DNA of 64,000 nt, taken from an uncultured Bacillales bacterium (GTDB taxonomy: Bacteria > Bacillota_I > Bacilli_A > RF39 > UBA660). This document shows positions 1 to 9,993 of this stretch, piece after piece. The position numbers and the translations under genes were made by a program. The notes under the pieces were generated by a model that made no database searches, was not told where the DNA came from, and saw only the letters and a program-made list of their open reading frames with translations. Location: positions 10,149-74,148 of the forward strand of contig CAMODE010000040.1 in the NCBI GenBank assembly GCA_946611235.1, read 5' to 3'. The stretch's first letter is position 1; each line of letters begins with the position of its first letter.

Positions 1-1866
1 ATACATGCTTCTACTCAAATGCATAATCATAATAATGAAAATATTTTAGTTTTAAAAGAATTAAATGTTAAAAGATTAGTATTAGATCGAGAATTATCTT
101 TAAAAGAAATAGAAGAACTACCTAATACTCTAGAAAAAGAAGTTTTCATTCATGGGGCATTATGTAATTCATATTCTGGCTGCTGTCTTTTTAGTAGTCT
201 AAATGGTGGAAGAAGTGGAAATCGTGGAGAGTGTGTTCAATCATGTCGCATGCCTTTTAAATTAATAAAAAATGATAAGTATATTGAAACAGATAAAAAG
301 TATTTACTTAGTACTAAAGAATTAAATACTACTAATAGAATTGAAGACTTAGTAAACTCTAGTATTACTAGTTTTAAAATTGAAGGTAGAATGAAATCTC
401 CTGCTTATGTAGGCTTTGTAACAAGAATATATCGTAAATTAATTGATAATGTAATAAACAATAATAATTATCTAATTACTGAAGAAGATATAGATACATT
501 AAAAATATTATTTAATAGAGAGTTTACAAATGGTTATTTATTTAATGATAAAGTAATGAATACCTTTTCATCTAATCATCAAGGATTAGAAATAGGTATA
601 GTACTAGAAGTAACCTCTAAAAAAATAAAGATAAAATTAAATAAAGATTTATATCAAGAAGATGGCATAAGATTTAAAAATAATAATCTAGGTATGATAG
701 CTAACATGATATATAATGAAAAAGGATTATTAATAAATAAAGCATCTTCTAATAGTATTATTTATCTAGATAATAAAATAAATTTAAAAGATAAAGATGT
801 AGTAGTAAAAACATCAAGTACTTATTTAGAAAAACAAATATTAAGTACTAGTTTAAAGAAAATAAAAGTAAGTATCGAAGTAGTACAAAAGAATAATCTA
901 TTAGAGGTATCATATATCGATGATAAAAATAATAAAGTAAATACATTAATAGAAGTACAAAAATCCATAAATAGACCTACTAGTAAAGAAGAAATAAAAG
1001 AAAAACTAACTAAATTAGGAAATACTCCTTTTATAACTAAAGATATAACTATCAATATGGATGATAATATCTTTGTAAATATGAAATCATTAAATGAAGT
1101 AAGAAGATTACTAATTGATAATCTAATAAAAGAGAGAACTAAAATAAAAGTAAATAAAACAAATATAAATACTAAGATAGACTATATAGAAGAAAAAAAT
1201 TATAATTACGAAATATCAGTACTTGCTAGAACTAAAGAACAAGTAAAGGCAGCATTAGATAGTAAAATAGATAGAATATATGTAGATAGAACTTTATATG
1301 AAGAATATAAAAATATAAATAATATCTATTTAAGATTACCAAGAGTTAATAAAGAGTATAATTATAATACTAAAAATATTCTAGTAACCGAACTAGGAGG
1401 TATTCACAAATATAATGATAATAAACATAATATCGTAAGTGATTATTATCTAAATATTGTAAATAATCATAGTATTAAGTACTTAATAGATCATAATGTA
1501 CATAGAATAACATTATCTCCAGAAATTGATTATTATAACTTAGATGATTTATTAAAAGATAAAATAGAATTAATTATATATGGAAGAATAGAACTAATGC
1601 TAACTAAGTCTTGCCCTATAAAAGAAATAGGATTATGTCCTTGTAAAAAAGAAGATAAATATTTTCTAGAGGATATTCATAATAATAGATATCCAATATT
1701 ACATGAAAATTGTTTAACCCATATTATGCATCATAAAAATATTAATTATTTAGATAATATAAAATATTATAAAAAAATTGGAATTAAGAGTTATAGACTA
1801 GAATTATTTGATGAAAATTATAATGATGTAATAAGTCTAATTGATGAAATAAGAAAGGTAAAATAA
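1..1866 (+). CDS. Peptidase U32 family protein (collagenase-like), 5' end cut by window edge
   Basis: Reading frame is open back to position 1. N-terminal conserved U32 block F-x-HGALC-x-SYSGxC...RSGNRGxC-x-SCR is present, but the preceding ~80-aa part of the domain is missing, so the gene is partial. Long C-terminal extension as in large U32 proteins. Confidence 0.8.
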   Translation: MHASTQMHNHNNENILVLKELNVKRLVLDRELSLKEIEELPNTLEKEVFIHGALCNSYSGCCLFSSLNGGRSGNRGECVQSCRMPFKLIKNDKYIETDKKYLLSTKELNTTNRIEDLVNSSITSFKIEGRMKSPAYVGFVTRIYRKLIDNVINNNNYLITEEDIDTLKILFNREFTNGYLFNDKVMNTFSSNHQGLEIGIVLEVTSKKIKIKLNKDLYQEDGIRFKNNNLGMIANMIYNEKGLLINKASSNSIIYLDNKINLKDKDVVVKTSSTYLEKQILSTSLKKIKVSIEVVQKNNLLEVSYIDDKNNKVNTLIEVQKSINRPTSKEEIKEKLTKLGNTPFITKDITINMDDNIFVNMKSLNEVRRLLIDNLIKERTKIKVNKTNINTKIDYIEEKNYNYEISVLARTKEQVKAALDSKIDRIYVDRTLYEEYKNINNIYLRLPRVNKEYNYNTKNILVTELGGIHKYNDNKHNIVSDYYLNIVNNHSIKYLIDHNVHRITLSPEIDYYNLDDLLKDKIELIIYGRIELMLTKSCPIKEIGLCPCKKEDKYFLEDIHNNRYPILHENCLTHIMHHKNINYLDNIKYYKKIGIKSYRLELFDENYNDVISLIDEIRKVK

Positions 1867-1880
1867 TCTTTCTTTTTTAT
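1852..1880 (+). terminator. Weak rho-independent terminator after the U32 gene
   Basis: AGAAAG (1852-1857) / CTTTCT (1869-1874) stem followed by TTTTT. Confidence 0.35.
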
Positions 1881-1932
1881 TGGGAATATGTTATAATTTA
1901 AATAAAGGATAAGAAGTAGAAAGAGGTGCATT

Positions 1933-3585
1933 ATGACTATTTTGGGTAAACTAAGAAAACACATTGAAGATTTAATAAATAATAGTAAAAAAAGTGAACA
2001 AGAAATAGAACTATATAGAGAGCAAATAAAACAATTGGGAGCCACACTATATTTAATTGATGAAAAAAATGTCATGAATATTAGTAATGAAGAACTGGCT
2101 AGAATTCAAGAATTTTTATCAAAACTATTTGACGAAGCAACCGCTGAAAGCGTAATAAATAACATTAATATGATAAAAATATTTTATGACAATTTAGATG
2201 AAAAAGAACCTCAAATTGAAACTATAAAAAACAACTATAAGTCTATGAAAAGATTTTTAGAAACCCAAAAGAGCCTTTTAGAATCAGATGTTAGTAAATT
2301 AGAAAGCAGAATAAAAAATAAAAATCCCAATCTAGAAAAATATTTATCCTATATTACTAATGATTCTATAGTAGGAGAAAATATAACTGATGAAGAATTA
2401 AAAGATATTCTAAATATAATTAAGTATACTACTTTTGATGAAAATACTAAATTAGACCTAATTACTGCTTTTGGAAAACATGTAATGAATCTAAGACAAA
2501 GTATGATAAAAGCAGTAAAAGAAGAATCAGTGGTTACAAATAGTGAAGAGAAAAAGGTCAAAAAAGAAGCAAAGAAAAAAGAAAAGAAAATTGAAGAAAA
2601 GTCACTAACAAATGAAGAAATAAAGCAAATAGGAGCACATCTAGCTTCTATAAGTGAAATTGAAAGATTACCAATACAAGAATTAAATATAATTACAAGT
2701 ATGAAAGGACTTATTAAAGAAGGAAATATTGATGATGCCCGTAATTTAAGTGATAAATATCCAATCGAAAAAATTCAAAAATACATCTTGATAAGAGAAG
2801 AATTAATAGACCAAATGAACGAATATTTAACAATAAAATCAATGAAAGAAGATTATTATATTAAAGAAGAAAATGGCATTGTTAGGTATCAAAAAGATAT
2901 TGAGGAAATAATAAACAAAATAAGAAATACTCTTACCAAAATAGATAATATAAAAGAAGATCAAAAAGAGGAAATAGAATTAGCCGAAGATAGTGAAGAA
3001 CTAGACATTATAAGTGACCAAGCTCAAGATCGAAATATTGTTATCTATTTAACAAATTCATCAAATAATGAAAACTATTTAGTAGAAGATCAAAAAGAAA
3101 TAATGTCAAGTCAAAAAATAGTAATGAAAAAGGTAGCAGAATTAATAAATCAATTAAAAAAGAAAGAAAAAGTTAGTGGAAAAAGAGAAGAAGTTGGTGT
3201 TACAAGTATTGATGCCTTGTCACCTTATTATCTATCATCAGGAAAATCAGATACTCGTAGCATGATTGTATATATGGAAATCCCACTATCTAGTGAAGCA
3301 AGAAACAAAATATCTGAATCATATAATCTAGAAAAAAGATTCAAAATCTATTTAGTAGTGGGTTCAGGTATTAAAAATGATCGAAGACATAGTGAACTAA
3401 ATAATAGAATGAAAAACGAAATATTTAATATTTTTGATATAATAAACCTATTTAGCACTAAAAATATGGATAAAGAATCACAAGAAAAATTAATAAAACT
3501 AATTGATGAAGGATATACAATTAGCAGTAGCATTATATCTAATCCATTTGAACCATTAAATGCAAGAAAGGGGGAAACAAGATGA
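1933..3585 (+). CDS. Hypothetical protein A (550 aa), Lys/Glu-rich, predicted coiled-coil; first gene of a 3-gene operon
   Basis: Long ORF with RBS AAGAGGTG 5 nt upstream of ATG. Extended -10 (TGtTATAAT, 1890-1898) upstream. No recognisable catalytic motif, no P-loop, no TM. Confidence 0.65.
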   Translation: MTILGKLRKHIEDLINNSKKSEQEIELYREQIKQLGATLYLIDEKNVMNISNEELARIQEFLSKLFDEATAESVINNINMIKIFYDNLDEKEPQIETIKNNYKSMKRFLETQKSLLESDVSKLESRIKNKNPNLEKYLSYITNDSIVGENITDEELKDILNIIKYTTFDENTKLDLITAFGKHVMNLRQSMIKAVKEESVVTNSEEKKVKKEAKKKEKKIEEKSLTNEEIKQIGAHLASISEIERLPIQELNIITSMKGLIKEGNIDDARNLSDKYPIEKIQKYILIREELIDQMNEYLTIKSMKEDYYIKEENGIVRYQKDIEEIINKIRNTLTKIDNIKEDQKEEIELAEDSEELDIISDQAQDRNIVIYLTNSSNNENYLVEDQKEIMSSQKIVMKKVAELINQLKKKEKVSGKREEVGVTSIDALSPYYLSSGKSDTRSMIVYMEIPLSSEARNKISESYNLEKRFKIYLVVGSGIKNDRRHSELNNRMKNEIFNIFDIINLFSTKNMDKESQEKLIKLIDEGYTISSSIISNPFEPLNARKGETR

Positions 3586-5390
3586 AAATAGAAGAATTTA
3601 TTTCTCTTTCACATGATAAGATTGACCATTTAAAAGAAGAAATCGAAAAAATAGAAAATAAATTTAACACTCCATTATTATCATTAAAAGAGGATACCAA
3701 AAAGGTAGTTAGTAATCCCCAAAGTATTGTTGATTTAGATTTAAATCTACTAGGAGAACTACTAGCAAATAAATTAGATAGTAACGCTCTTAATAAATTA
3801 AAATTATATTCCAAATTTTATAAAAATAAATTAAAAGTTAATGATAAGCAAGAAGAATATATAAGAAATACTCTTAATGATATTTTAATTAAAATAGAAG
3901 AGAAACAAAAAGAAATAAATAAAAGTAAACCAGAATTAGAAATTAAAAGAAATGAAATAAAAAAAATAAATAATGTAATAGAAGACTTAAATAATTTATT
4001 AAAAGGAAAATACTTTAAATGTGAAAAATTAGACGAAATATCTAGTTACCTTAAAAAAATAGATTATATAGATGAAATGCAAAAAGTTAGTCTTTTAATT
4101 GAAGTGGTTTTAAAATCTAATGCTAATATAAATAAAGTAATTGAAAACCAAAATAATAGTGAAAAAGAAAGTAAAAAAGAAGCACCAAAAAAGGAGGTAA
4201 TAACAGATACTAAAAGAACAAACTTAAATGAAAGTGAAGTAATTCTATTATTTAATAAATACGAACTAAAATTTAAAAATTTAAAAAAAGAAGATCAAGA
4301 AATAATTCTTTCTTATGCTAATTTTGATGAAATGGATAAAATGCTAGGCCTAATACAAAAGAATCGTATATCTTTAAATATAAGTGAAAGAGGCTCTAGT
4401 ATCAGTAGGTTATTAACTTTTTCTGATAGTGAAATACTAAATAATATTATAAATAATATTAAAGAAGATATAAAAAGTACACCAAAAAGAGCAAGAACAA
4501 TAAATGAAGCAGAAGTATATGATGTAAATAAAATATTCCAAAACTATTTAAAAGAAAATTCTATCTTTATTAAAAATCAAAAATATTATAAATTAGCCAG
4601 TAATAAGATAGGAATAGTACTTTCATCATATAACAATTATTTATCTAATAGAGAATTATTTAAAAATATTGGCCTAGATTTAAAAAGAGCCTCTGTTAAA
4701 TCACCCGAAGCCTTTACTTATTCAAGTAATAAAGTAAAAGAAAATATCCAAAACTTAGCCTATTATAGCATTCCATTAGAAATATACGAAGAAAAATTAA
4801 CAGTATTAAAATCATCAGATATTCAAGGAACTATAGATCAGTTTATCGAAGTTGAATATTTTGAAGATTATGCTTTACATAATCCAACTAGATTAATTTT
4901 AAATCCTAATGATATTATGTTTTATAGAATAATAAAAAGTAAACAAGAAGGAAGAAGCCATAGTTCACTATTTTATGGTGGTACTCATAAGTTTAAAGGA
5001 GAGATAACTTCCCTAACAAGTAAACTATTTGATATGACAGATAGTAATAAATCTTCTTTAGTAGGAGAATATCACCCTAATATATTATCTGATTTTGGAA
5101 AGATTAATCCTTCGTTAACAAATGAATTGATTAAACAAAGTAACTATATAAATGCCTTAGAGCAATTTAAAATAGATGACTATAGGTATAATATTGATGG
5201 AATAATAGTATCAAGAAAAAAAGTATTAAGATATTATGAAAGTATTTTAAGAGAATATAATGAAGATAATTTTGAAGGATTAAGATATAGTATATTTAAA
5301 AATAGTATTTTTACTAAAGAAATGTGTGATAAAATTGATAATGTTCTAAATACAATAATAATCCAAAATAAAGGGGTAGAATTAAAATGA
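3582..5390 (+). CDS. Hypothetical protein B (602 aa), coiled-coil N-terminal half plus unrecognised C-terminal region; translationally coupled to A
   Basis: 4-nt overlap (ATGA) with gene A. RBS AAGGGGGAAAC. No recognisable motif. Confidence 0.65.
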   Translation: MKIEEFISLSHDKIDHLKEEIEKIENKFNTPLLSLKEDTKKVVSNPQSIVDLDLNLLGELLANKLDSNALNKLKLYSKFYKNKLKVNDKQEEYIRNTLNDILIKIEEKQKEINKSKPELEIKRNEIKKINNVIEDLNNLLKGKYFKCEKLDEISSYLKKIDYIDEMQKVSLLIEVVLKSNANINKVIENQNNSEKESKKEAPKKEVITDTKRTNLNESEVILLFNKYELKFKNLKKEDQEIILSYANFDEMDKMLGLIQKNRISLNISERGSSISRLLTFSDSEILNNIINNIKEDIKSTPKRARTINEAEVYDVNKIFQNYLKENSIFIKNQKYYKLASNKIGIVLSSYNNYLSNRELFKNIGLDLKRASVKSPEAFTYSSNKVKENIQNLAYYSIPLEIYEEKLTVLKSSDIQGTIDQFIEVEYFEDYALHNPTRLILNPNDIMFYRIIKSKQEGRSHSSLFYGGTHKFKGEITSLTSKLFDMTDSNKSSLVGEYHPNILSDFGKINPSLTNELIKQSNYINALEQFKIDDYRYNIDGIIVSRKKVLRYYESILREYNEDNFEGLRYSIFKNSIFTKEMCDKIDNVLNTIIIQNKGVELK

Positions 5391-5683
5391 TAGATTTTTT
5401 AAAAGAGATAGATATATCTAATAATACAATAAGTAAAATAATTACAGAAAATCAAGAATCATCACTATATAATTTGTCATGTAATAAAGATAATTGTATA
5501 AAAATAATATTGTATATGAGAGAAATAGGAATAAAGAATATTGAAGAATTATTAATATATGAAACTAACTATTTTAAATTAACATTTACTGAATTTATAA
5601 AAAAAATATCTCGCTTTAATATTCCTTTACTAGTTGATGGAATTAACAATGATTATACTTATATAGAATTATTAGATGAATAA
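5387..5683 (+). CDS. Hypothetical small protein C (98 aa); third gene of the operon
   Basis: 4-nt overlap with gene B. RBS AAAGGGGTAG. Helix-rich; no recognised family. Confidence 0.55.
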   Translation: MIDFLKEIDISNNTISKIITENQESSLYNLSCNKDNCIKIILYMREIGIKNIEELLIYETNYFKLTFTEFIKKISRFNIPLLVDGINNDYTYIELLDE

Positions 5684-5686
5684 TCG

Positions 5687-5726
5687 GAAAAACATTATGA
5701 GAAGTGTGAAAAAACATTATGAGAAG
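5687..5726 (+). repeat. Tandem direct repeat GAAAAA(A)CATTATGAGAAG x2 abutting the -35 of the thrS-leader promoter
   Basis: Copies at 5687-5704 and 5708-5726 separated by TGT, read directly in the sequence. Confidence 0.8.
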
Positions 5727-5727
5727 A

Positions 5728-5756
5728 TTGACAAACATGAAAACAAGCACTATAAT
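5728..5756 (+). promoter_or_regulatory. Sigma-A type promoter TTGACA-17-TATAAT driving the T-box leader
   Basis: TTGACA at 5728-5733, TATAAT at 5751-5756, 17-nt spacer. Confidence 0.7.
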
Positions 5757-5762
5757 AATAGT

Positions 5763-5970
5763 ATATTTAAATCAATGAGAAGGACATGATTATTTATCTT
5801 TTATTTAAAGAGAGTTAGCATTCGGTGTAAGCTAATAATAAAAATATATAATTACTACCTTTGAGTGTCTTATAAAAAGTAAGACCGGCTAATAGTCGTT
5901 AACAATAATCAAGACCAAAGAAGGATGGTACCGTGCTTATGCACTCCTTTATATTTGGTCTTTTATATTT
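5763..5970 (+). promoter_or_regulatory. T-box riboswitch leader (Thr specifier) controlling the small ORF and thrS
   Basis: Conserved T-box sequence AAGAAGGATGGTACCGTG (5918-5935). Terminator stem AAGACCAAA (5911-5919) / TTTGGTCTT (5954-5962) plus U-run. Candidate specifier ACU followed by A at 5854-5857, with ACC overlapping. thrS is T-box regulated in Firmicutes. Confidence 0.8.
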
Positions 5971-5986
5971 GGGAGGAGGTTATAAA

Positions 5987-6262
5987 ATGAATACTAATAT
6001 GACAGTGGACGTTATAATTAATAATATGCTAGTAGACAAACAAATAGATTTAGCAAAATTAAGTTTAAGTAGGTTACTAGAACTTAAAAATCAACTTATG
6101 GGTAAATATGATAGATATGTACCAATAATTGATGCAATATTAAGTGATTATCATTTAGAAACAACAGTTTATAATAGTTTTCAAAATGCATATAATCGTT
6201 ATGATAGAAAGAAAAAAACAAGAATAAGAAATAAAATAAACAAACATAATAGGAGGAAATAA
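5987..6262 (+). CDS. Small basic hypothetical protein (91 aa) between the T-box terminator and thrS
   Basis: Strong RBS AGGAGG 7 nt upstream of ATG 5987. The ORF-track start 5933 lies inside the T-box terminator and is rejected. The C-terminal basic tail codons coincide with the thrS RBS, so reality is uncertain. Confidence 0.35.
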   Translation: MNTNMTVDVIINNMLVDKQIDLAKLSLSRLLELKNQLMGKYDRYVPIIDAILSDYHLETTVYNSFQNAYNRYDRKKKTRIRNKINKHNRRK

Positions 6263-6264
6263 TT

Positions 6265-8019
6265 ATGATAAATATCAAAGAAAACATTGATTTGAATAAA
6301 TTAAATCACTCTTGTGCCCATTTAATGGCTCAAGCAGTAAAACACTTATATCCTGAAGCAAAGTTTTGGGTAGGACCAGTAATTGAAGAAGGCTTTTATT
6401 ATGACATTGATTTAGGTGATAAAGTTATTACGGAAGAGGATTTGCCTAAAATCGAAAAAGAAATGAAGAAACTATCTAAAGATGGTAAAAGAATCGTAAG
6501 ACATGAAATAAGTAAAGACGAAGCTTTAAATATGTTTAAGGATGATCCATATAAAGTTGATTTAATATCAAGAATGGATGAAGAAAGTACCGTGATATCT
6601 TGTTATACCCAAGGAAACTTTACGGACCTTTGTCGTGGGCCACATGTTGATACCGTAAAAGAACTAAAATATTTCAAATTAATAAAATTTTCCGGAGCTT
6701 ATTGGAAAGGTGACTCTAAAAATAAAATGCTTCAAAGAATATATGGAGTATGTTTTAGAACTGAAGAAGATTTAAATGATTATTTAAATGAATTAGAAGA
6801 AAGAAAAAATCGTGATCATCGTAAAATAGGAAAAGAACTAGACATCTTTATGTCCGATGATTTAGTAGGTAAGGGAATGCCTTTATGGCTTCCAAATGGG
6901 GCATTAATAAGAAAAGAATTAGAAAATTATATTTATGCTAAAGAACAAAAATTAGGTTATGTTCATGTTTATACACCATGTGTTGGAACAGTAGACCTAT
7001 ATAAGACTAGTGGACACTGGGATCATTATAAGGAAAATATGTTCCCTTCTATGAAAGTAGATGAGGAAGAATTTGTTCTAAGACCAATGAATTGTCCACA
7101 TCATATGCTCGTGTATAAAAATAAACTACATTCATATCGTGAACTACCGATAAGAATTGGAGAATTTGCTACTGATTTCCGTTATGAAGCATCCGGAGCT
7201 GTAAAAGGATTAGAAAGAGTAAGATGTATGTGTCAAAATGATGCACACTTATTTGTAACGCCTGAACAGATAGGAGAAGAATTTAAAAAAGTAGTACAGT
7301 TAATATTAGATGTATATCAAGATTTTGGAATTACTAATTATAAATTTAGATTATCCCTTCGTGATCCTGAAGATAAAGAAAAATATTTTGATGATGATGA
7401 GATGTGGAATAATGCTGAAAGTAAATTAAGAGAAGTATTAAATACTCTAGGAGTAGAATACTTTGAGGCAGTAGGAGAAGCAGCCTTTTATGGACCAAAA
7501 TTAGATGTTGAAGTAAAACCAGCCGTAGGACCTGAAATAACATTATCTACTTGTCAATTAGATTTCTTATTACCAAGAAGATTTGAACTAAGTTATATTG
7601 ATAGTGAAGGTAATAAACAAGTACCAGTAGTATTACATAGAGCTATTTTTGGAACATTTGATAGATTTACTGCTTTTGTATTAGAAGAAACAAAAGGAGC
7701 ATTACCATTGTGGTTATCTCCTGTTCAAATAGAAATAGTACCCGTAAATAATGAATATCATTTAGAATATTCTGATAAAGTATTTAATTTATTAAAAGAA
7801 AATAACTTTAGAGTAGAGCTAGATTCTAGAGATGAGAAGATGGGCTATAAAATAAGAGAAGCACAAACTAGAAAAATACCATATACTCTAGTACTTGGTA
7901 ATAACGAAAGAGATAATAATACTGTAACATATCGAAAATATGGAGAAGAAAAAACTACTACTGTAAGTACTGAAGAGTTTATAGAAATGATTAATAGTCA
8001 AAGAAAAGAATACAAATAA
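6265..8019 (+). CDS. thrS: Threonyl-tRNA synthetase (truncated type, no N-terminal TGS/editing region)
   Basis: ThrRS motifs ([11 protein letters not shown], class II core, C-terminal anticodon-binding domain). RBS AGGAGG. Preceded by the T-box. Confidence 0.95.
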   Translation: MINIKENIDLNKLNHSCAHLMAQAVKHLYPEAKFWVGPVIEEGFYYDIDLGDKVITEEDLPKIEKEMKKLSKDGKRIVRHEISKDEALNMFKDDPYKVDLISRMDEESTVISCYTQGNFTDLCRGPHVDTVKELKYFKLIKFSGAYWKGDSKNKMLQRIYGVCFRTEEDLNDYLNELEERKNRDHRKIGKELDIFMSDDLVGKGMPLWLPNGALIRKELENYIYAKEQKLGYVHVYTPCVGTVDLYKTSGHWDHYKENMFPSMKVDEEEFVLRPMNCPHHMLVYKNKLHSYRELPIRIGEFATDFRYEASGAVKGLERVRCMCQNDAHLFVTPEQIGEEFKKVVQLILDVYQDFGITNYKFRLSLRDPEDKEKYFDDDEMWNNAESKLREVLNTLGVEYFEAVGEAAFYGPKLDVEVKPAVGPEITLSTCQLDFLLPRRFELSYIDSEGNKQVPVVLHRAIFGTFDRFTAFVLEETKGALPLWLSPVQIEIVPVNNEYHLEYSDKVFNLLKENNFRVELDSRDEKMGYKIREAQTRKIPYTLVLGNNERDNNTVTYRKYGEEKTTTVSTEEFIEMINSQRKEYK

Positions 8020-8038
8020 TTTATGTATTCTTTTTTTA
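8007..8038 (+). terminator. Rho-independent terminator of thrS
   Basis: AGAATACA / TGTATTCT stem spanning the stop codon, followed by TTTTTTT. Confidence 0.6.
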
Positions 8039-8182
8039 TCGCTTTGCTAACGGGTTAATAAATTAGTCAGCGGATACTCTTTTACAAGAATATGCTGATA
8101 TATATAAATATTTTAGTAATTTTCATAAAACTGCTGATTTTTGGTAAAAAATATGATATATTAAAAATATGGAGGTAACAAA

Positions 8183-8779
8183 ATGATCGAACACGATTAT
8201 AGCAATGAAATATTAAATACTGAAGAATTCAAATTAATGCGTCAGTTTCAATCATGTAGTCATGGTGTGGTTCATGAAAATGACCAAGTACTTTTAAATG
8301 GTGTATTTTACAATTATGGGGATAATTCTGAGGAAATGAGAAAATATAGGCAAGAACAAAAAGAAAATTTTGTTAAGTCAATAAGCAAAATTATTTTAGA
8401 AAGATATCCTAACTTAAATGAAGAACAAATAAGACAAATAGCATTTAGATGCTCTGCACATTCTCAGGAAAAACAAGAAGATATTTTGCTTGATATTGAT
8501 ATTTGTGCCTTGCAGCTTTTTGAAGAAAAGCAACTTGACGATAATATTAAAAGATGTCTTGAAAAAATAAAAGAAAGTACAGAAAAAACGCAGGATAAAC
8601 AATTATCGATTGAAAGTGACAGCTATAGTGAAGAATATGCTAAATACTTTGTACTAACTAAACTATACAAGCATATGCAAAATAATAATGAACCTCTTTT
8701 AACATGGGGAGAGGGAAGATTAGTTGCTGAAATGAATGCGGAATTTGTAAAACAAAAAAAGTCATCAATGATATTCTAA
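8183..8779 (+). CDS. Hypothetical protein (198 aa), acidic, no recognised domain
   Basis: RBS GGAGGTAACAAA-ATG. Codon usage and GC appear somewhat higher than the flanks. Confidence 0.6.
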   Translation: MIEHDYSNEILNTEEFKLMRQFQSCSHGVVHENDQVLLNGVFYNYGDNSEEMRKYRQEQKENFVKSISKIILERYPNLNEEQIRQIAFRCSAHSQEKQEDILLDIDICALQLFEEKQLDDNIKRCLEKIKESTEKTQDKQLSIESDSYSEEYAKYFVLTKLYKHMQNNNEPLLTWGEGRLVAEMNAEFVKQKKSSMIF

Positions 8780-8893
8780 TATAATGAATAAATAATAATG
8801 TCTAGGTTAAAAACTTGGCCATTTTTCTTATATAAAGACTATAATTAGGTAGACTTTTTATAATAAATCTAGTAAAATATTATTGGAGGAGTA

Positions 8894-9985
8894 ATGGAAG
8901 AAAAAGCTTTAGAAATACTTAATATATTAAATGAAAAAGGATATGAATCCTATATAGTTGGAGGCTTCCCTAGAGATAAATTACTAGGATATAAAACAAA
9001 TGATATAGATATATGCACTAGTGCTACTCCTAAAGAATTATTATCAATATTTGAAAATGTTATTGTTTCAGATACTCAATATGGAAGTATTGTTATTGCA
9101 TATAAAGGATATAAATTTGATGTCACAACTTTTAGAAAAGAAATAAAATATGAAGATAATCGAAGACCAGTAAAAATAAAATATATTAAAAATATTAAGA
9201 AAGATTTATTAAGAAGAGATTTTACTATTAATACATTTTGTATAGATAAAGAAGGTAATATAATTGATATTTTAGGAGCAAAGGAAGATTTCGATAAAAG
9301 AATTTTAAAAACGGTAGGAAATCCAAAATATCGAATAAAAGAAGATGCCCTTCGAATATTAAGATGTATTAGATTTGCTACTATCTTAAATTTTGAAATA
9401 GATAAGAAAACTAAACATTATTTATCAAAATATAGTTACTTATTAAAGAAATTATCAATGAATCGAAAAAAAGAAGAACTAGATAAAATATTTTCTTCTA
9501 CAAATAAAGAAAAAGGAATTAAATTACTAATAGATTTAAATTTAACAAATGCTTTAGATATAAGTAGATTATCTATGATAACCATCTGCACTGATTTAAT
9601 AGGTATATGGTGTCAATTAGAAGTAGATGATATCTATCCCTTTACGAAAGTAGAAAAAGAACAAATGCTTTTATTAAGAGAATTACTAAGTAATGAAAAA
9701 ATAGATAATTATTTATTATATAAATACGGATTATATTTATGTACTGTATATGCCGATATTAAAGGAATATCAAAAAGAAAATTAAATACTATGTATAATA
9801 ATATTCCAATTAAATCAAAAAAAGAAATAGATATAAATGCTAGTGAAATACCAGTAATATTAAATAAAAAGCCTGGTAAATATATTAAAGAAATAATGAA
9901 GAATATCGAAATAAATATTTTAAATAATAAATTAAATAATAATAAAGAAGAAATAAAAGAATTTATAATAAATAATTACTCTTAA
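8894..9985 (+). CDS. cca: CCA-adding tRNA nucleotidyltransferase
   Basis: N-terminal GGxPRDxLLG...DxD polymerase-beta NTase motif (GGFPRDKLLGYKTNDIDI). RBS GGAGGAG. Confidence 0.85.
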   Translation: MEEKALEILNILNEKGYESYIVGGFPRDKLLGYKTNDIDICTSATPKELLSIFENVIVSDTQYGSIVIAYKGYKFDVTTFRKEIKYEDNRRPVKIKYIKNIKKDLLRRDFTINTFCIDKEGNIIDILGAKEDFDKRILKTVGNPKYRIKEDALRILRCIRFATILNFEIDKKTKHYLSKYSYLLKKLSMNRKKEELDKIFSSTNKEKGIKLLIDLNLTNALDISRLSMITICTDLIGIWCQLEVDDIYPFTKVEKEQMLLLRELLSNEKIDNYLLYKYGLYLCTVYADIKGISKRKLNTMYNNIPIKSKKEIDINASEIPVILNKKPGKYIKEIMKNIEINILNNKLNNNKEEIKEFIINNYS

Positions 9986-9993
9986 TTAAGAAG

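Noticed and set aside
5933-5986. ORF-track start at 5933 for the pre-thrS small ORF
   Set aside because: This start lies inside the T-box terminator/antiterminator with no RBS. If the ORF is real it starts at ATG 5987 after AGGAGG.
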